From the NCBI GenBank assembly GCA_044892525.1, contig CM097885.1, positions 189,720,001 through 189,784,000 of the forward strand: a DNA stretch of 64,000 nt, read 5' to 3'. The position numbers were made by a program, and so were the translations under genes. Within the stretch, counting starts at the first letter, position 1. Each line of letters begins with the position of its first letter. This document shows, piece by piece, positions 25,904 to 39,290 of this stretch. A model generated the notes under the pieces. It made no database searches, was not told the origin of the DNA, and saw only the letters and a list, made by a program, of their open reading frames with translations. This DNA is from Schmidtea polychroa. Taxonomy: Eukaryota.

Positions 25904-27066
25904 TGGCGACCCTGGCAATAGTGAATAAGATGATTCCGGATGTTTACGACGGAAGACACGAAATCGAAACTTTCATTGAAGAATGTAAGCGATATTTTCA
26001 GTTATGTGGGTTAGATCAAGATAACCAAAATATGATGATAAAATGCCTTATTTCAAGAGATATTTTACCGATTTATGAAGCCGTCGATGTCAAATTTATT
26101 AATTTTGAAGATAGACTCAGAGAAGCTTTCAAGAAGCCGTCAACACTGATAGGCGATTTTCTGAACTTATACAATTATGAGAAAGATAACGATGCAGCGC
26201 CAGTGTTTTTCGAAAAGATTGAGAAAATGGTCGACAAAGTATTGAAACACAAGTGGGATAAAAACGAATTAGTCGCTTATTTTTTGATACATTGTGTCAA
26301 AGACAAAGAAATCCAAAAAGAGATCAAGATGCGAGATGCTTTAAAAGTCGAAGAGATCAAGGACGTAATTCGTAAAGTTGATGCTATCAACATTGAAGTT
26401 TCTAGTATTGCAGTTATGCAAAGAAAAGAAACGTTCGCAAACGTAATAAAGAAACGACAAGGATTTGCCGATATACAAGATCGACAACGCAATTTTTCGA
26501 ATGTTCAAGAAAGACGAAATTTTGAACCAAGATTCAATTCTATTCCGCACGCTCAAAGCTTCGATTCTGGAAGGAATACTAATCAACAGTATTACCATAG
26601 AGACAACAGAGCAAGTGGAAGTCGCGTTGTTACATGTTGGAATTGTCAAGAACTAGGACATTCGAGTCGAGAATGCCCAAAAAAGAAGTGTTATGGATGT
26701 GGAAAAGAAGGACACATGATTAGAGAATGTAAAAATAACAAGATAAATTCAGAATTGAGATGCAACGCTTGTAAGGAATCTGGCCATCACCGGGGAGAAT
26801 GTCCATCGATTTCATGCTCAGGATGTGGAAAACGTGGTCATTTGCGGTTTCAATGTTGGGGAACAGCAGACACACGATCATCAGGAAGAAACCAATCTAG
26901 AAATTACGAGGATAACAGACGATATCAAGACAGATATGCCGATGGAAGAGTGGCAGCTATGGAAGACCGCGGAAACGAAGCGGAGGATTCTCAGTCTACC
27001 CGAAGTGATGGACACCCAAATGGGAGGGCTCCATCATTAGGCGAGATGATAGGAGCCATGCATTAA
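25903..27066 (+). CDS. gag: Gag with four CCHC zinc knuckles
   Basis: CWNCQELGHSSREC, CYGCGKEGHMIREC, CNACKESGHHRGEC, CSGCGKRGHLRFQC. Confidence 0.92.
   Translation: MATLAIVNKMIPDVYDGRHEIETFIEECKRYFQLCGLDQDNQNMMIKCLISRDILPIYEAVDVKFINFEDRLREAFKKPSTLIGDFLNLYNYEKDNDAAPVFFEKIEKMVDKVLKHKWDKNELVAYFLIHCVKDKEIQKEIKMRDALKVEEIKDVIRKVDAINIEVSSIAVMQRKETFANVIKKRQGFADIQDRQRNFSNVQERRNFEPRFNSIPHAQSFDSGRNTNQQYYHRDNRASGSRVVTCWNCQELGHSSRECPKKKCYGCGKEGHMIRECKNNKINSELRCNACKESGHHRGECPSISCSGCGKRGHLRFQCWGTADTRSSGRNQSRNYEDNRRYQDRYADGRVAAMEDRGNEAEDSQSTRSDGHPNGRAPSLGEMIGAMH
25904..25912 (+). promoter_or_regulatory. Primer-binding site (TGGCGACCC, probably tRNA-Arg)
   Basis: Immediately follows LTR CA; 9-nt complement to the 3' end of metazoan tRNA-Arg as recalled; tRNA identity not verified. 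Confidence 0.55.
27015..27057 (+). promoter_or_regulatory. Programmed -1 ribosomal frameshift signal (gag-pol)
   Basis: C CCA AAT heptamer in gag frame, 5-nt spacer, stem GGCTCC-ATCAT / ATGAT-A-GGAGCC; the -1 (pol) frame is open from 27009. Confidence 0.75.
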
Positions 27067-27086
27067 AAGGTAATAATGATGATTGT

Positions 27087-28517
27087 GTGCGCCAAGATAA
27101 GTATAGTATATTTTTTAATAATAATAGTAATAGTAATTTAGACAGTATGTATAATTTTAAAAGTAGTAATAATAATTTAGACAGTATATCTAAATCAAAT
27201 TTAAAGGTAAAAAATATTAGATTTAAATCAGATGTAATTTTAGAAGATAGTATTAAAAACGTGAAAAGTAAATTAAAAAAATATGATGTAATAAAGGAAG
27301 ATAATCAGAGTAACAGTAAGATTATATATGACGTAAGAGATAAAACTGATATTAATGATTGTAATTGGATGCGTGATAAAATTAATGTAATTGAAAATAA
27401 ATGTGATCAGAATTGTAAGAAGATAATAAGTATTTGTGAGGCAAAATTAATAAATAGCAGTAAAAGGTTTGTTTATGACGAAACATTGGATAAACATATA
27501 AATAATATTTCTGTTTTAAATGACGATTTAGAAATTGTATATGATAAGATGGGTGGAAGACCAAGCGTAATAGTTGGGATTAATAGGATTTATTTCAAAC
27601 ATTGTCTATTGGATACGGGGGCTAGAATGAATGTAATAGATAGCTCGATCATCAAAGAAATAGGTGAGATAGATATTAAACCTCACAATGAAGGAATTTG
27701 GTGTGCAAATGGCAGTCCATTGGAAACATTTGGCAATGTTAAATTGAAGATTCAAATCGGTAACAAAGAAGAGAATGTGATTTTTGTTGTTGTTAAAAAG
27801 GTTTCACCGTCAATTATTGGTGGGATAGATTTACTTCGTCAATTCAACATCAAGTTAATGAAAATAAACGATAGTATAACTGAAAATACGGAAATAGAAA
27901 ATAATTTTAATGAAATTTGTAATATTGAGGCAAGATTTAGCAACTCATATAATGATGAGAAAAGATTTAGTCGAGCAATAAAATTATTTGATTTAAAAAA
28001 AGGAGATAAAATGTATCAGATAATTAATGAAAATAAAGAAGTTTTTATGGCTGATAAATGGGACATTGGAAAAACAGATTTATTATGGCACGAAATCAAA
28101 ACTACTGAGGGCCCAATTTACATGAACCCTAGACGACAACCGGCTCATTTAGAAGAAAAAATTGAGGAATCTATAAAAAATTTGGAAGAAAATGGTATTA
28201 TTAGGAAATGTGATTCGAGTTGGAATACTCCATTGGTATGTGTTTGGAAAAAAGAAAAGAATGACATCAGATTGTGTTTGGATTTTAGAAACCTAAATAA
28301 AATAACAGAAAGACAAATATTTCCAATGCCTAATATTGAACAAATGTTAGATTCACTCAATGGATCCAAGTTTTTTAGTACTATAGATCTTGGAAGTGCA
28401 TATTATCAAGTGGAGTTAACAAATAATTCACAAGAAAAAACCGCATTTTCAACAAGGAGCGGACAGTACTGTTTTAATAGAATGCCTTTTGGAATTGCTA
28501 TTATAGAAAATTTATAA
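27087..28517 (+). pseudogene. pol: Pol part 1: aspartic protease and N-terminal RT, truncated after MPFGIA
   Basis: LLDTGARMNV protease; WNTPLVCVWKK, RLCLDFR, FSTIDLGSAYYQ; YxDD absent. Confidence 0.9.
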
Positions 28518-30280
28518 AAAATTATTCAATGTTTTCACGAATATTAGAGTCTATATGTGGTACGACTAATGAAAAACTTATATGGTCAGAAAAATGTGAA
28601 GAAGCATTTGAAGAATTAAAAAATGCATTATCGAAAACACCAGTATTAATATACCCTAACTTTCAGAAAGAATTTATTTTGGACACTGATGCAAGTTTTG
28701 ACACAATTGGTGCGGTTTTATCACAGTTAGACGAACAGGGACATGAGCGAGTAATTGCATATGGTTCGCATTCAATGAATAAGCATGAAATAGGTTATTG
28801 TATAACAAGGAAGGAGTTATTGGCCATTTATTATTTTACTCAACATTTTAAACATTATTTGTATGGGAAAAAATTTAAATTAAGAACGGACCATAAAGCA
28901 ATAACATTCATGATGGCAACAAAAAAGCCAATCACGGCACAATTCCAAACTTGGATAAATTTTCTTAGCAGTTTGGATATGGATATTTCATTTAGAAAAG
29001 GTATGGAACATACCAATGCAGATGCATTATCCCGAGATAAGTGTGGACGATGTACTCAATGTATGGAAGTTCATGAAAATCCTAAAACAGAAAAAATGAA
29101 AACAAGACTTTTAACAATGACAGCTGTTAAGCAAGGTGTGATTTGGCAAAAGGGTAATGTTGAGATAGAAAATCAAAAAGAATTAATCATGAAAAATGTA
29201 AAAACTAAATTTAAGATTGATGATGATGTTATCATGACAAAAGAAAATAAAATTTGGATTCCTAAAAACAATCGCGAAAAATTTATCAAAGAAATGCATA
29301 AAATCCTATGCCACGCAGGTTGCAAAAAAGTGATTGACTACATAAAAGTAAATTATGACATGGATGAATTACAAATGATAACTACAGAAATTATTCAAAA
29401 TTGTGAATTATGTCAAAAAAGAAAAACACTAACAACTAAAACAAAGGAAACTATACTAAAAACGGAAGTGTCGAAACCGTTTGAAACAATTGCTATAGAT
29501 TTTTGTGGACCTTTGAAAACAAGTGTACATGGGAAAAAGTATATTTTAGGAATTATTGATATGTGCACTCGATATATTTCTCTTACAGCAGTTTCTAAGC
29601 AAGATGAGAAAACAACAGCGGACACAATAATGAAATTTTGGATTCTAAAATACGGTTCTCCTAGGATAATCCAAGTAGATTGTGGGAAGACATTTGAATC
29701 AGGTGTGATGAAAGAATTAGCTAAAACCCATAACATAATGCTTCAATTTTCAAGTCCATACCATCATAGTGCAAATGGATTAATAGAACGGCAATTTCGA
29801 ACAATAAGAGATTTCATGAGTACCTCAATTAAAGATAGATTAAAAAGCAATTGGGTAGAGGTATTACCAGAAATTGAATTTGCTTTGAACGCAACCGTAC
29901 AAAGTACATTAGGGAAAAGTCCAGCGGAAATAGTATTTGGGTTTCGAATAACAAGAGAATGGCAAAACAAAAAGGAAGTTACTAATGACCGAATTAGAAT
30001 CATTGAAGAGATACAAGAAAAGCAAAGAAATGTTAAGTACAGAAACGCAGATAGAATTAATAGAGAATTTAAAATAGATGACAACGTTTTAGTAAAGATA
30101 GACACAAGAAAAAAAGAAGATGATAGATACAGAGGACCTTTTCGAGTGATAAAAAAACTACATGATAGAAGTTACGAACTTATGGATAAAGAAGGTAAAA
30201 CAATGATTCGAAATGTAGAATGGCTAAAGCCTTTTAAACAGGGGGGATGTGAGGAAGATTTAATTATTAGCACAATATAA
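28499..30280 (+). pseudogene. pol: Pol part 2: RT connection, RNase H, integrase
   Basis: YYRKFIKNY, LDTDASFDTIGAVLSQ, TDHKAI, H-x4-H...CELC, IAIDFCGP, QVDCG, SANGLIER; stop lies inside the 3' LTR. Confidence 0.9.
30236..30247 (+). promoter_or_regulatory. Polypurine tract
   Basis: aaacagggggga directly before 3' LTR TGT. Confidence 0.85.
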
Positions 30281-30492
30281 TATTATAATAATAAATTACA
30301 TCTGAATTATTACTATTAAGAAATTAACATATACATATATTAAAGTATTATATTCGTATTATATTATGGCGTACATAATTATTATTGTTATTTAGAAATG
30401 CTTAATCGTCAATTTAATGATTTGTTTAGTCAAACCGATATTGTTATAATTTTTGAATATAATTTGAATTCGACTGCTAGTTTTATTTAACA
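30248..30492 (+). repeat. 3' LTR
   Basis: Same sequence as 25659-25903; followed by TSD AACTC. Confidence 0.97.
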
Positions 30493-31264
30493 AACTCCAT
30501 TCTGAAAATCGTATTTCCTATACCCAATCTCTGAACATTTTACATTGATATAAGTAATGATCTTTCTTGCACTTTAAACATTCTAATCCTGACCCTTTTA
30601 ACCCGTTGATGGCTTCTTTCGCTCTGTTGCCTTCTCCTTCCATTTGTGTGAGATGTGTTTGTCTTAGATTGTGGTACACCATCTCCGGAATCTTTCAGAG
30701 ACTGAGTTTCATTAATTTAATTGTCCTCACTAACGAATCCGTATTCATTATCAGTAACCAAAGCGACATCCTTATTCATCTTCCCTGTAAAATATTTGAA
30801 GTAAAAAAATAAAATCCACTAATTGAAAGTTTTATTTTCCATAATTTGCATTTACACACAATAAAACAAGTCCTGAAGGGACCAGAAACCACAATTAAAA
30901 AATCCAAATTTCAAGAATTCAACCCAAAATAAAATAAAAAAACCAAATTCACTCAATATCACATACTTTGACTCGACTACTCGCATCTGCAATTAGGCCA
31001 GAAGATGTGTGCGCATACAGACGCGAGTAGTCAGAATTAACCATCCTTTGGTATTAACCAGAAATTGCTCTGACTTATTTTCTTGTACTATTCTAAAACA
31101 TTAGGATATTGTATTTTACAACTGCTTTTTTATAAATTTTAATTTTGACGACTTTCATTTCAAAACTACTGATTATTGATGCTTGCAGGAAGTTTCTCAG
31201 TGAATTTGTAAATAATTATATAATCTATCCAGTTTTTGTAAATGTACATTTTGTCACTTTAGAC

Positions 31265-31768
31265 CAACGGTTCTTAAACTTGGGTCGCGACCCACTTTTG
31301 GGTCGTGGAGCATTTTTTCTTGGGTCGCGGAGCATTTTGATAAATTGAGGCAAATTTAATATTTGAAAGATTTTTTACATTTCAAGCGAACTTTAGCTTA
31401 AAATTTTCTTATGACTATTAACCAAAAATAGCTTTTTTAATGATCATTCAGAAGAAAGTTTAAAAATTAAATTTGTTTATTCTTAAGAGTATTGTTTAAA
31501 ATATTCAATTCAAAAAATTAATACAGAAATTTACATAATTTAAAAAACTGTATTATAACTTTCTATTTAAAAAAATTATTAAAATTGAAAAATTATATTC
31601 CTCATTATGAAAAAGCATGAATATTTGGATTTGGGATTTACATAGTTTGAAGATCTTTCTAATAATAAAAAATAATATTAAATTTTTAATTAAAAAAAAT
31701 TTTTTTTGAGTACTTTAATTATTTAAAAAATTTTTTGGGTCGTGACCAAAAATCCTTAAGAACCGCTA
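31265..31768. mobile_element. hAT MITE
   Basis: TIR CAACGGTTCTTAA / TTAAGAACCGCTA; perfect 8-bp TSD ctttagac; subterminal TGGGTCG repeats. Confidence 0.85.
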
Positions 31769-33496
31769 CTTTAGACATACGCGTTCTAATTCTTATTATA
31801 TTCCTATAATAAATTACATGAAATATTTCTATGGAAAAATGAAGATATTAGAAATACAGTAAAACCCCGAAAGCTTTTATAAAAAAATACAGGGTGATTA
31901 AGATTTCATATATTATATTAAGTTTGAAGCTCTTATTAGCCTTGAATTCAAAATAGTTATTAATTTCAGCACAAATTAATTCATGAGATCTCACAAAATT
32001 AGCCCACATGAACCTTGTCCTTATACAATATAATCATAAATAAATAAGCCTAAATGAAGACTAAATTTTAATTTAAAATTTTATACTTATATTTTATTTA
32101 TTTGAATGATTCTTATAATTGTGTTATATATTCATATATTCATATCTATGTAATTAGTAAATGCGATAAATATTTGTTGTATTAACTTGATATATAAAGT
32201 ATACTCAATCCTTGATTTACACGAGAACACGTCCCAGGTAAAATAATGTAAAGCGATACACAGAATTCATATTAAAAAGAGAGATAGATTCGAATGAACT
32301 TAGATTGTAAATCGAATCAAAGAATATAAAGAAAAGTTGTAAATGTGTTTATAATAACGTAAAATAAAGCAAGAATTTTAAGAAAATTAAAAATCGGCAT
32401 AACATTTACTAAATATTGAGTAACGTAATCGCTAGTGTATTCACATATTCTATTTCAAAAACTAGAATCAGTTACTTCACGTTACGAATACATAATCAAT
32501 ATTTGCGTGCTTTTGTCGAGATTTCTACAAATTTGAGATCTTGTGATATATTTTATAGAATCATATTCTTTCTAAGTCATTCACAAATTATATTTCCATA
32601 GCATTAATTGTTATTTTCGAAACTGATTTCATTAATATCATTGAGAACCTGAATTAACAAGACTATTAAATCTATATCTGGAATTTTCTTATCATCAAAC
32701 AACTCTTCAATATCTAGAATATTAAGATCATCGAATTTTTTCACCTCAATAGAATGCGCTAGATTTAGAGTCTTCATTATTTTTTTGATGCTGGTAAGGA
32801 AAAATCATTTTGATGCAGAGGAAAGCTGAGGGTTAAAATAATATCTTAAAAGTCTTCATTCTTTACATATGTAGCTTATTATAAGATAAAAGACCGAATT
32901 GAAACAAAACGGGTTTGTATGACTGTTACTCAGTATCTTATTGCTTAAGTATGTCACTGATATAACGCAGGGCACGTTATGAAGAATCTTTAATTAACCT
33001 GAAGAATTGAAAACTCGAAATCTTTGAGTAAAATGAACTGTTGGCAACCATAAGTAGATTTAAAGAGTTTTGTATAAATATAAATAAAAATAATCATAAA
33101 TATAATTAAAATCATAGAAAAATATTAAGAGTTAGGTTATCGATGACTCTTGAATATTGATCCCGTAGCAATCATTAACTAAATACATTTAAAAAAGAAA
33201 CTTTTTACTCAATTTAAATAGACTTAAATCTATACCATTTTGTCCCGTCACCCATGAAAATTAACTATGTAACCCCGGATGGAGCATGAAATTTTGCGAA
33301 ATCGTAAATGAATCTTTTATTTTAACTTAACATTCCACCGTTCAAAATACCTTAATTTCCAAGCAATTCATATATTGAAACTTTAATACATATTGATTTA
33401 TCGTGTCCTTAACGCGTTATAGTTGACTCGAATTAAAATTTTCACCAAAAACTTTAAAGATGGCGTTCGATATTTTTTACCGAATACATTTTATAG

Positions 33497-33817
33497 GGGT
33501 CAGAAACTGCTATATTGTCTGATCAGGAGTCTGGTGCTCCTATTTCAAAGACTCAAGAAGGTGGACAAAATGTATGGGATAATGAAGAGGAAGGTGTTGC
33601 ATACGATTATTCGTTTTTTCATTTCATGTTCTTTCTCGGTTCGCTATATGTAATGGTGACATTGACTAATTGGTATCAACCAAACAGCAATTTGTTGACC
33701 CTGAATTCCAATGACGCAAGCGTTTGGGTGAAAATTATCAGCAGTTGGTTATGTATTTGCATCTACTTGTGGACCCTTGTAGCTCCGTGTATGTTTCCCG
33801 ATCGGGAGTTCAATTGA
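33497..33817 (+). CDS. SERINC: SERINC exon 3 (terminal)
   Basis: Acceptor ttttatag at 33496; DNEEEGVAYDYSFFHFMF...WVKIISSWLC...LWTLVAPCMFPDREF*; joined CDS 1398 nt = 465 aa, normal SERINC length. Confidence 0.92.
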   Translation, partial: GSETAILSDQESGAPISKTQEGGQNVWDNEEEGVAYDYSFFHFMFFLGSLYVMVTLTNWYQPNSNLLTLNSNDASVWVKIISSWLCICIYLWTLVAPCMFPDREFN

Positions 33818-35630
33818 GTTTGATTTGATAATATAATTACAATATTTCATTAACTATGACTATGACGACTGCGTTTTCATCCACAAACTCTTTTGTTGTG
33901 AAAAATAATTCTTATTTTGAATTCATTTCATTAAATAAACATTTTTCTGTGTTTTAAACACTTTTGATTTGTTGATTTTTTAAAGACATTTTTAAAATCA
34001 TTTTATTTCAAATAGGGTAATTATTTAAAATAACCTTTAATTTTTTGCACTTTTAATTTTATTTATATTTGGAGTTTGCAATCCGGGATGTCGAGATTAT
34101 TGCAGCAATTTTCATTTATTAATTATGAGTATTTCCCACCTTATATGTTGGCATATTAATCAATAGGTCGGTTAATTTCTAATTCCTTTTACTAATCAAA
34201 TTATTAAGACCCAACACAGGACACATTTATTGATTTTCAACTCAATTTACCAATTGTCATAAAATTTGTACTTTTCTTCAGAAATTTGGAGTTATATTTA
34301 AAGTTTGTTTCTTTCCTTTCGTTGACCTCTGCTTAAAAATAACTGTAAGATATTCAATTTTAACATTTAATAATTACAATTTATAAAACTACTTGATTAC
34401 TATCAATTAATTATCAGATAAATTCTTGTCTTGCTTTTGCGGCAAATCGTATCATATTTCTAAATCAACCATATCATCATTTAAAACAAGGAAACCATGT
34501 NNNNNNNNNNNNNNNNNNNNNNNNNNNNNNNNNNNNNNNNNNNNNNNNNNNNNNNNNNNNNNNNNNNNNNNNNNNNNNNNNNNNNNNNNNNNNNNNNNNN
34601 NNNNNNNNNNNNNNNNNNNNNNNNNNNNNNNNNNNNNNNNNNNNNNNNNNNNNNNNNNNNNNNNNNNNNNNNNNNNNNNNNNNNNNNNNNNNNNNNNNNN
34701 NNNNNNNNNNNNNNNNNNNNNNNNNNNNNNNNNNNNNNNNNNNNNNNNNNNNNNNNNNNNNNNNNNNNNNNNNNNNNNNNNNNNNNNNNNNNNNNNNNNN
34801 NNNNNNNNNNNNNNNNNNNNNNNNNNNNNNNNNNNNNNNNNNNNNNNNNNNNNNNNNNNNNNNNNNNNNNNNNNNNNNNNNNNNNNNNNNNNNNNNNNNN
34901 NNNNNNNNNNNNNNNNNNNNNNNNNNNNNNNNNNNNNNNNNNNNNNNNNNNNNNNNNNNNNNNNNNNNNNNNNNNNNNNNNNNNNNNNNNNNNNNNNNNN
35001 NNNNNNNNNNNNNNNNNNNNNNNNNNNNNNNNNNNNNNNNNNNNNNNNNNNNNNNNNNNNNNNNNNNNNNNNNNNNNNNNNNNNNNNNNNNNNNNNNNNN
35101 NNNNNNNNNNNNNNNNNNNNNNNNNNNNNNNNNNNNNNNNNNNNNNNNNNNNNNNNNNNNNNNNNNNNNNNNNNNNNNNNNNNNNNNNNNNNNNNNNNNN
35201 NNNNNNNNNNNNNNNNNNNNNNNNNNNNNNNNNNNNNNNNNNNNNNNNNNNNNNNNNNNNNNNNNNNNNNNNNNNNNNNNNNNNNNNNNNNNNNNNNNNN
35301 NNNNNNNNNNNNNNNNNNNNNNNNNNNNNNNNNNNNNNNNNNNNNNNNNNNNNNNNNNNNNNNNNNNNNNNNNNNNNNNNNNNNNNNNNNNNNNNNNNNN
35401 NNNNNNNNNNNNNNNNNNNNNNNNNNNNNNNNNNNNNNNNNNNNNNNNNNNNNNNNNNNNNNNNNNNNNNNNNNNNNNNNNNNNNNACTCCGAGTCTATC
35501 CGACAAGATATTCTGTCCCCCTATGGGTACTGCTCACGCTCAACAACTCACAAGGGTATTATTAAACAATTGCCTACCGCGCAGTTGGACCCGCGCAATT
35601 GGCGTCCGCGCAATTGACGTGCTACGAAAA

Positions 35631-37788
35631 CAAGGGTCGGTAACCTGCGGCCCGCGAAGGGATTTTGACCGTTCCGCAAAGGATTTTTACAAGTTTATGA
35701 AGATATTTGACTGGCCTGTGACCGCATGTTAAATAACGATAATAAATTTAATAAACAAAAATTGCTTTATCATTCATAAAAATTCAATATTTAAATTTTA
35801 AATTAACTCATGAATTCAAAGATCAGGAAGGAAGATGGCGAGTGTCGAATTTTTCAAGATACTTGGACGTTAGATTATTTTTTTTATCGAGCAAAATGTA
35901 AAGTCAACGTATCTTATTTACCTTAAAAAGGTTGCTGTGAATAAAGTGGCAAATATCAGGCGCCATTACATGACTCACCGTTTTGAAAATTTTTAAAAGA
36001 TTGGAGAATAAAGGAGAGATGAAGTTAAGCAGCTTAAATCCAATTTTGAAAAGCAGACATTATTTTTTACGAAGAAAAGAAGTGAATGTGAAGATAATAC
36101 CCGTGCAAGCTATGAAGTTTCAAGACTTATCGCTGAAAAGATGAAACCGTTTACGGATGGTGAATTTGTTAAAGAATGTTTAATGACAGTGGTGGATATT
36201 GTTTGCCCAGAAAAAGTCTTTATTTTCTTTCATAAGTCTATCTAGTAGGACCGGCACAAAACGCATTGAAAAGATGTCATCAGATGTTAAAAGTTGTTTA
36301 ATGAACGCCTGCAACGAATTGCAGTTGATGAGAGTACAGACTAAAATGACACCGCTCAGCTTTCAGTATTCGTGAGAGGAGTGACTTCAAGTTTCCATGT
36401 TTTTGAAGAATTTATTCAGTTAATTCATTTGAAGGATACAGTTACTGGAGTAGTGATTAATATGATATCCAAAATGAACTTGGATATTTCAAAACTAATT
36501 GGCATCACAACTGATGGAGCACCGGAAATGGCGGGAAATAAAAAAGGGTTTGTTGCACGATTACATGAATACATGGAAAATCTTGGAATTCCACAGATGC
36601 TGGTGAAAATTCATTGTATTATTCATCAAGAAGCCTTATGTGCCAAATCTTTGAAACTGAAGAACGCAATGAACACTTGTGAAAGTTGTTAATGATCTTA
36701 TCTCGTGGATTTAATCATCACCAATTTATGCAATTTTTGGTGGATACAGAGGCTGAATATGGAGACCTAGTCTATTTTTCCAATATTTGATGGCTAAGCA
36801 GAGGTTCAATGCTCAAAAGAATATTAAAATTGCATAATGAAATTGTAATTTTACGTCAAAGTAAATCAGTGGATGGCATCACAATTTTGTGATCCTGTTT
36901 GGCTTACATCTTTGGCGTTTCCTGTGGACATTACGAATCATTTAAATAACTTGAATTTACTTTTGCAAGGTAAAGCTCAGCTTATAAATAAAATGTTTGG
37001 TCATATTATTGCACTTGAAAGAAAACTGCACCTATGGGAATAATGCCAGCTTCAACATGAAAATTATGCACATTTCCCATCCCTTCAAGAATACAAACCA
37101 CAAAATCCTGAAATATTTGTAAATATGATCAAAGATCTGACGAAAGAGTTCTCATCTTGTTTTACTGACTTTCGCTTGCACGAAGACGAATTCTAGCCTT
37201 TTGCTAATCCTTTTGATTTGGAAATGAATACTGTATCAGAATGCTTTCAAATGGAGTTTATTCAAATGCAATGTAATGACTTATTAACATTAAAATTTCA
37301 CTCGACGATGTTTCTTTGCTTGATTTTTATACAAAATACATTTATTCTAATGGGAAGTATCCTAACCTAGTGAACCACGCGAAAAAGATGACATATTTGT
37401 TTGGAAGTACTTACCAATGTCAGCAATTATTTGAGAACAAGATTAACCAATAGCAATTTGAATAATCTTTTGTTGTTGGCATGGACAGGCCTGACACCCA
37501 ATATTGAGAGGCTTTCAGATGACAAAGGCCATCAAGCTTCCCATTAATTATTCAAATTTTGGGATTTTGAATATAAAAAATTTTTAAAATTGTTTTTTGT
37601 CAACTTACTTGCTCATATGTAGAACTAAAATATTTTTAAGAATCTTCATTATTTTATTGATTTTAGGCAATTTGAAAAAATGCTTTTTGATAAACTTTTT
37701 TCTTATAATATTTTTAAGAACCCCTCCGGCCCGGCACTCTCAAAAAACTCAATCCGGACCCACATAGCCAAAATGTTGCCGACCCCTG
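35631..37788 (+). mobile_element. hAT DNA transposon, GTF2IRD2/SPIN-like transposase pseudogene
   Basis: TIR CAAGGGTCGGTAAC / GTTGCCGACCCCTG; broken transposase with DESTD, ITTDGAPEM, IHCIIHQEAL, WLSRG motifs; TSD not preserved. Confidence 0.85.
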
Positions 37789-39290
37789 ATTTAAAATATC
37801 TGTAATTTTTGTCAGGTCTTGAAACTGTATTTTTCATAATGTGTAAACTTATATCCTATTCTCTTTTCTTCTAATAGGCTATTACATATCTACTATGATG
37901 AAACCTACAATTTACCATAATGAGTTTATCGTTTCGATAATCACTAAAATGAGACATTAGCTCATTTTTAATAAAATCAATAAAGATATTACTATTAAAT
38001 GCACCGTCTCTTATTTCATAGGAACTCATAGCAAACTTTGATGGCAACTAAACTGATATTAGTGCCTCTCTACTAGCCTTTACTAACTTGTAATACTTGC
38101 TATTGACAGGCGGAATACCCATAGTTTACACCTGTTTCATCCAAAAAATGAGATTGTCATTGTTTAAATACTTATGTAATCGAGCGTGCAATTGTTTGTT
38201 TTTAATCTTTCTAAGGGTATTTCTTTCTTCTGGAAGTTTAACGTCTTTTTCTTGTGTATTTCATAGCTTTAAATGTTCTTGAAATTATATTTTGGCTTTT
38301 GAAAATTCCTTCAGAAACTAAGATTTCTTTCGGCTGATTTTAGTGCACTTTTAATCATTTCAAGAAGTTTGTCTTTTCTTTCTCGTTTTAAAGCTATCTT
38401 CATTAGGAATACCGAAATCATCACGTCTGTCGTGAAAATTATTGTCCACTTAATACCTAAAAAATTCTTTATATTGTTGGGCTAGAACTGATTTCTAGAC
38501 CCAAAATACTAATTGTGACTGAAATGTGTAGGTACACAGCAAGTAAAAAAGCACCAAGTAAAGTTAAATATTAAAACCTACACCAAATAAACAATGGTAA
38601 TTAAACAGAGAAAACAACAAAAATAATAAACACACAAATTAAATAAAATCATACAAAAGCAAGAAGTTATGCAAAATCTAACTCAAAAATAACCAAATAA
38701 ACATAGAATTACAAAAAGCAAACTCGAATAACTTAAAATATGGTAAAAACAGTAAAAAATTCCAGAAAACCCAGAACATTCCATTAAAATGGCGATGACC
38801 ATCACAGAAGCCATAAAGGTTAGAGAAAATAAATAAATTAGTATTAAAAATAATAAATCTTAAAAAGAAATTCATAAAACACCAGTTAGAATAAAAAGTA
38901 AATTAAAAGTAATATAGAATGTTCTGGAACCGTTCCAAATCCATCATGGACGTCAAATTAACGAAAAATAATAAAAAAATAAAAGTTTAAAAATAAAAAC
39001 AAAAATTATGGCACAAAAATCGCCATTAAAAATATCAAAATCGCAAAATAGAAAATTCTGGAATAAAAAGAATTCGAGTTTGTTTTAATGCATCAATACA
39101 TACACGTGTACTAAATAGGTATATATACTGACACGTTTCAGTCAGTATTTAGTATTAATTTTATGCCAAATTTTGAACAAAATTTTTCCAACCTACATAG
39201 TAAGTAGATTTGATTGAAATTTTTTTTTATGTAGTTATGATTTACTTAAAATTACAGTATTCCATATTTGATTTTTGTTTCTAAAATTTT

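Larger units (their letters stand above)
25659..30492 (+). mobile_element. Full-length young Ty3/Gypsy LTR retrotransposon in SERINC intron 2, RT active site deleted
   Basis: 245-bp LTRs (TG...CA) that read as identical, 5-bp TSD AACTC, PBS, gag, PR-RT-RH-IN, PPT. Confidence 0.97.

Noticed and set aside
35570-35620. CCGCGCAATTG short repeats before the hAT element
   Set aside because: Probably the subterminal end of another DNA transposon cut by the gap; too little sequence to classify
16085-38527. SERINC (a retroviral restriction factor family in mammals) next to an env-bearing element and hosting Gypsy insertions
   Set aside because: Nothing in the sequence links them functionally; TE-dense introns are expected here
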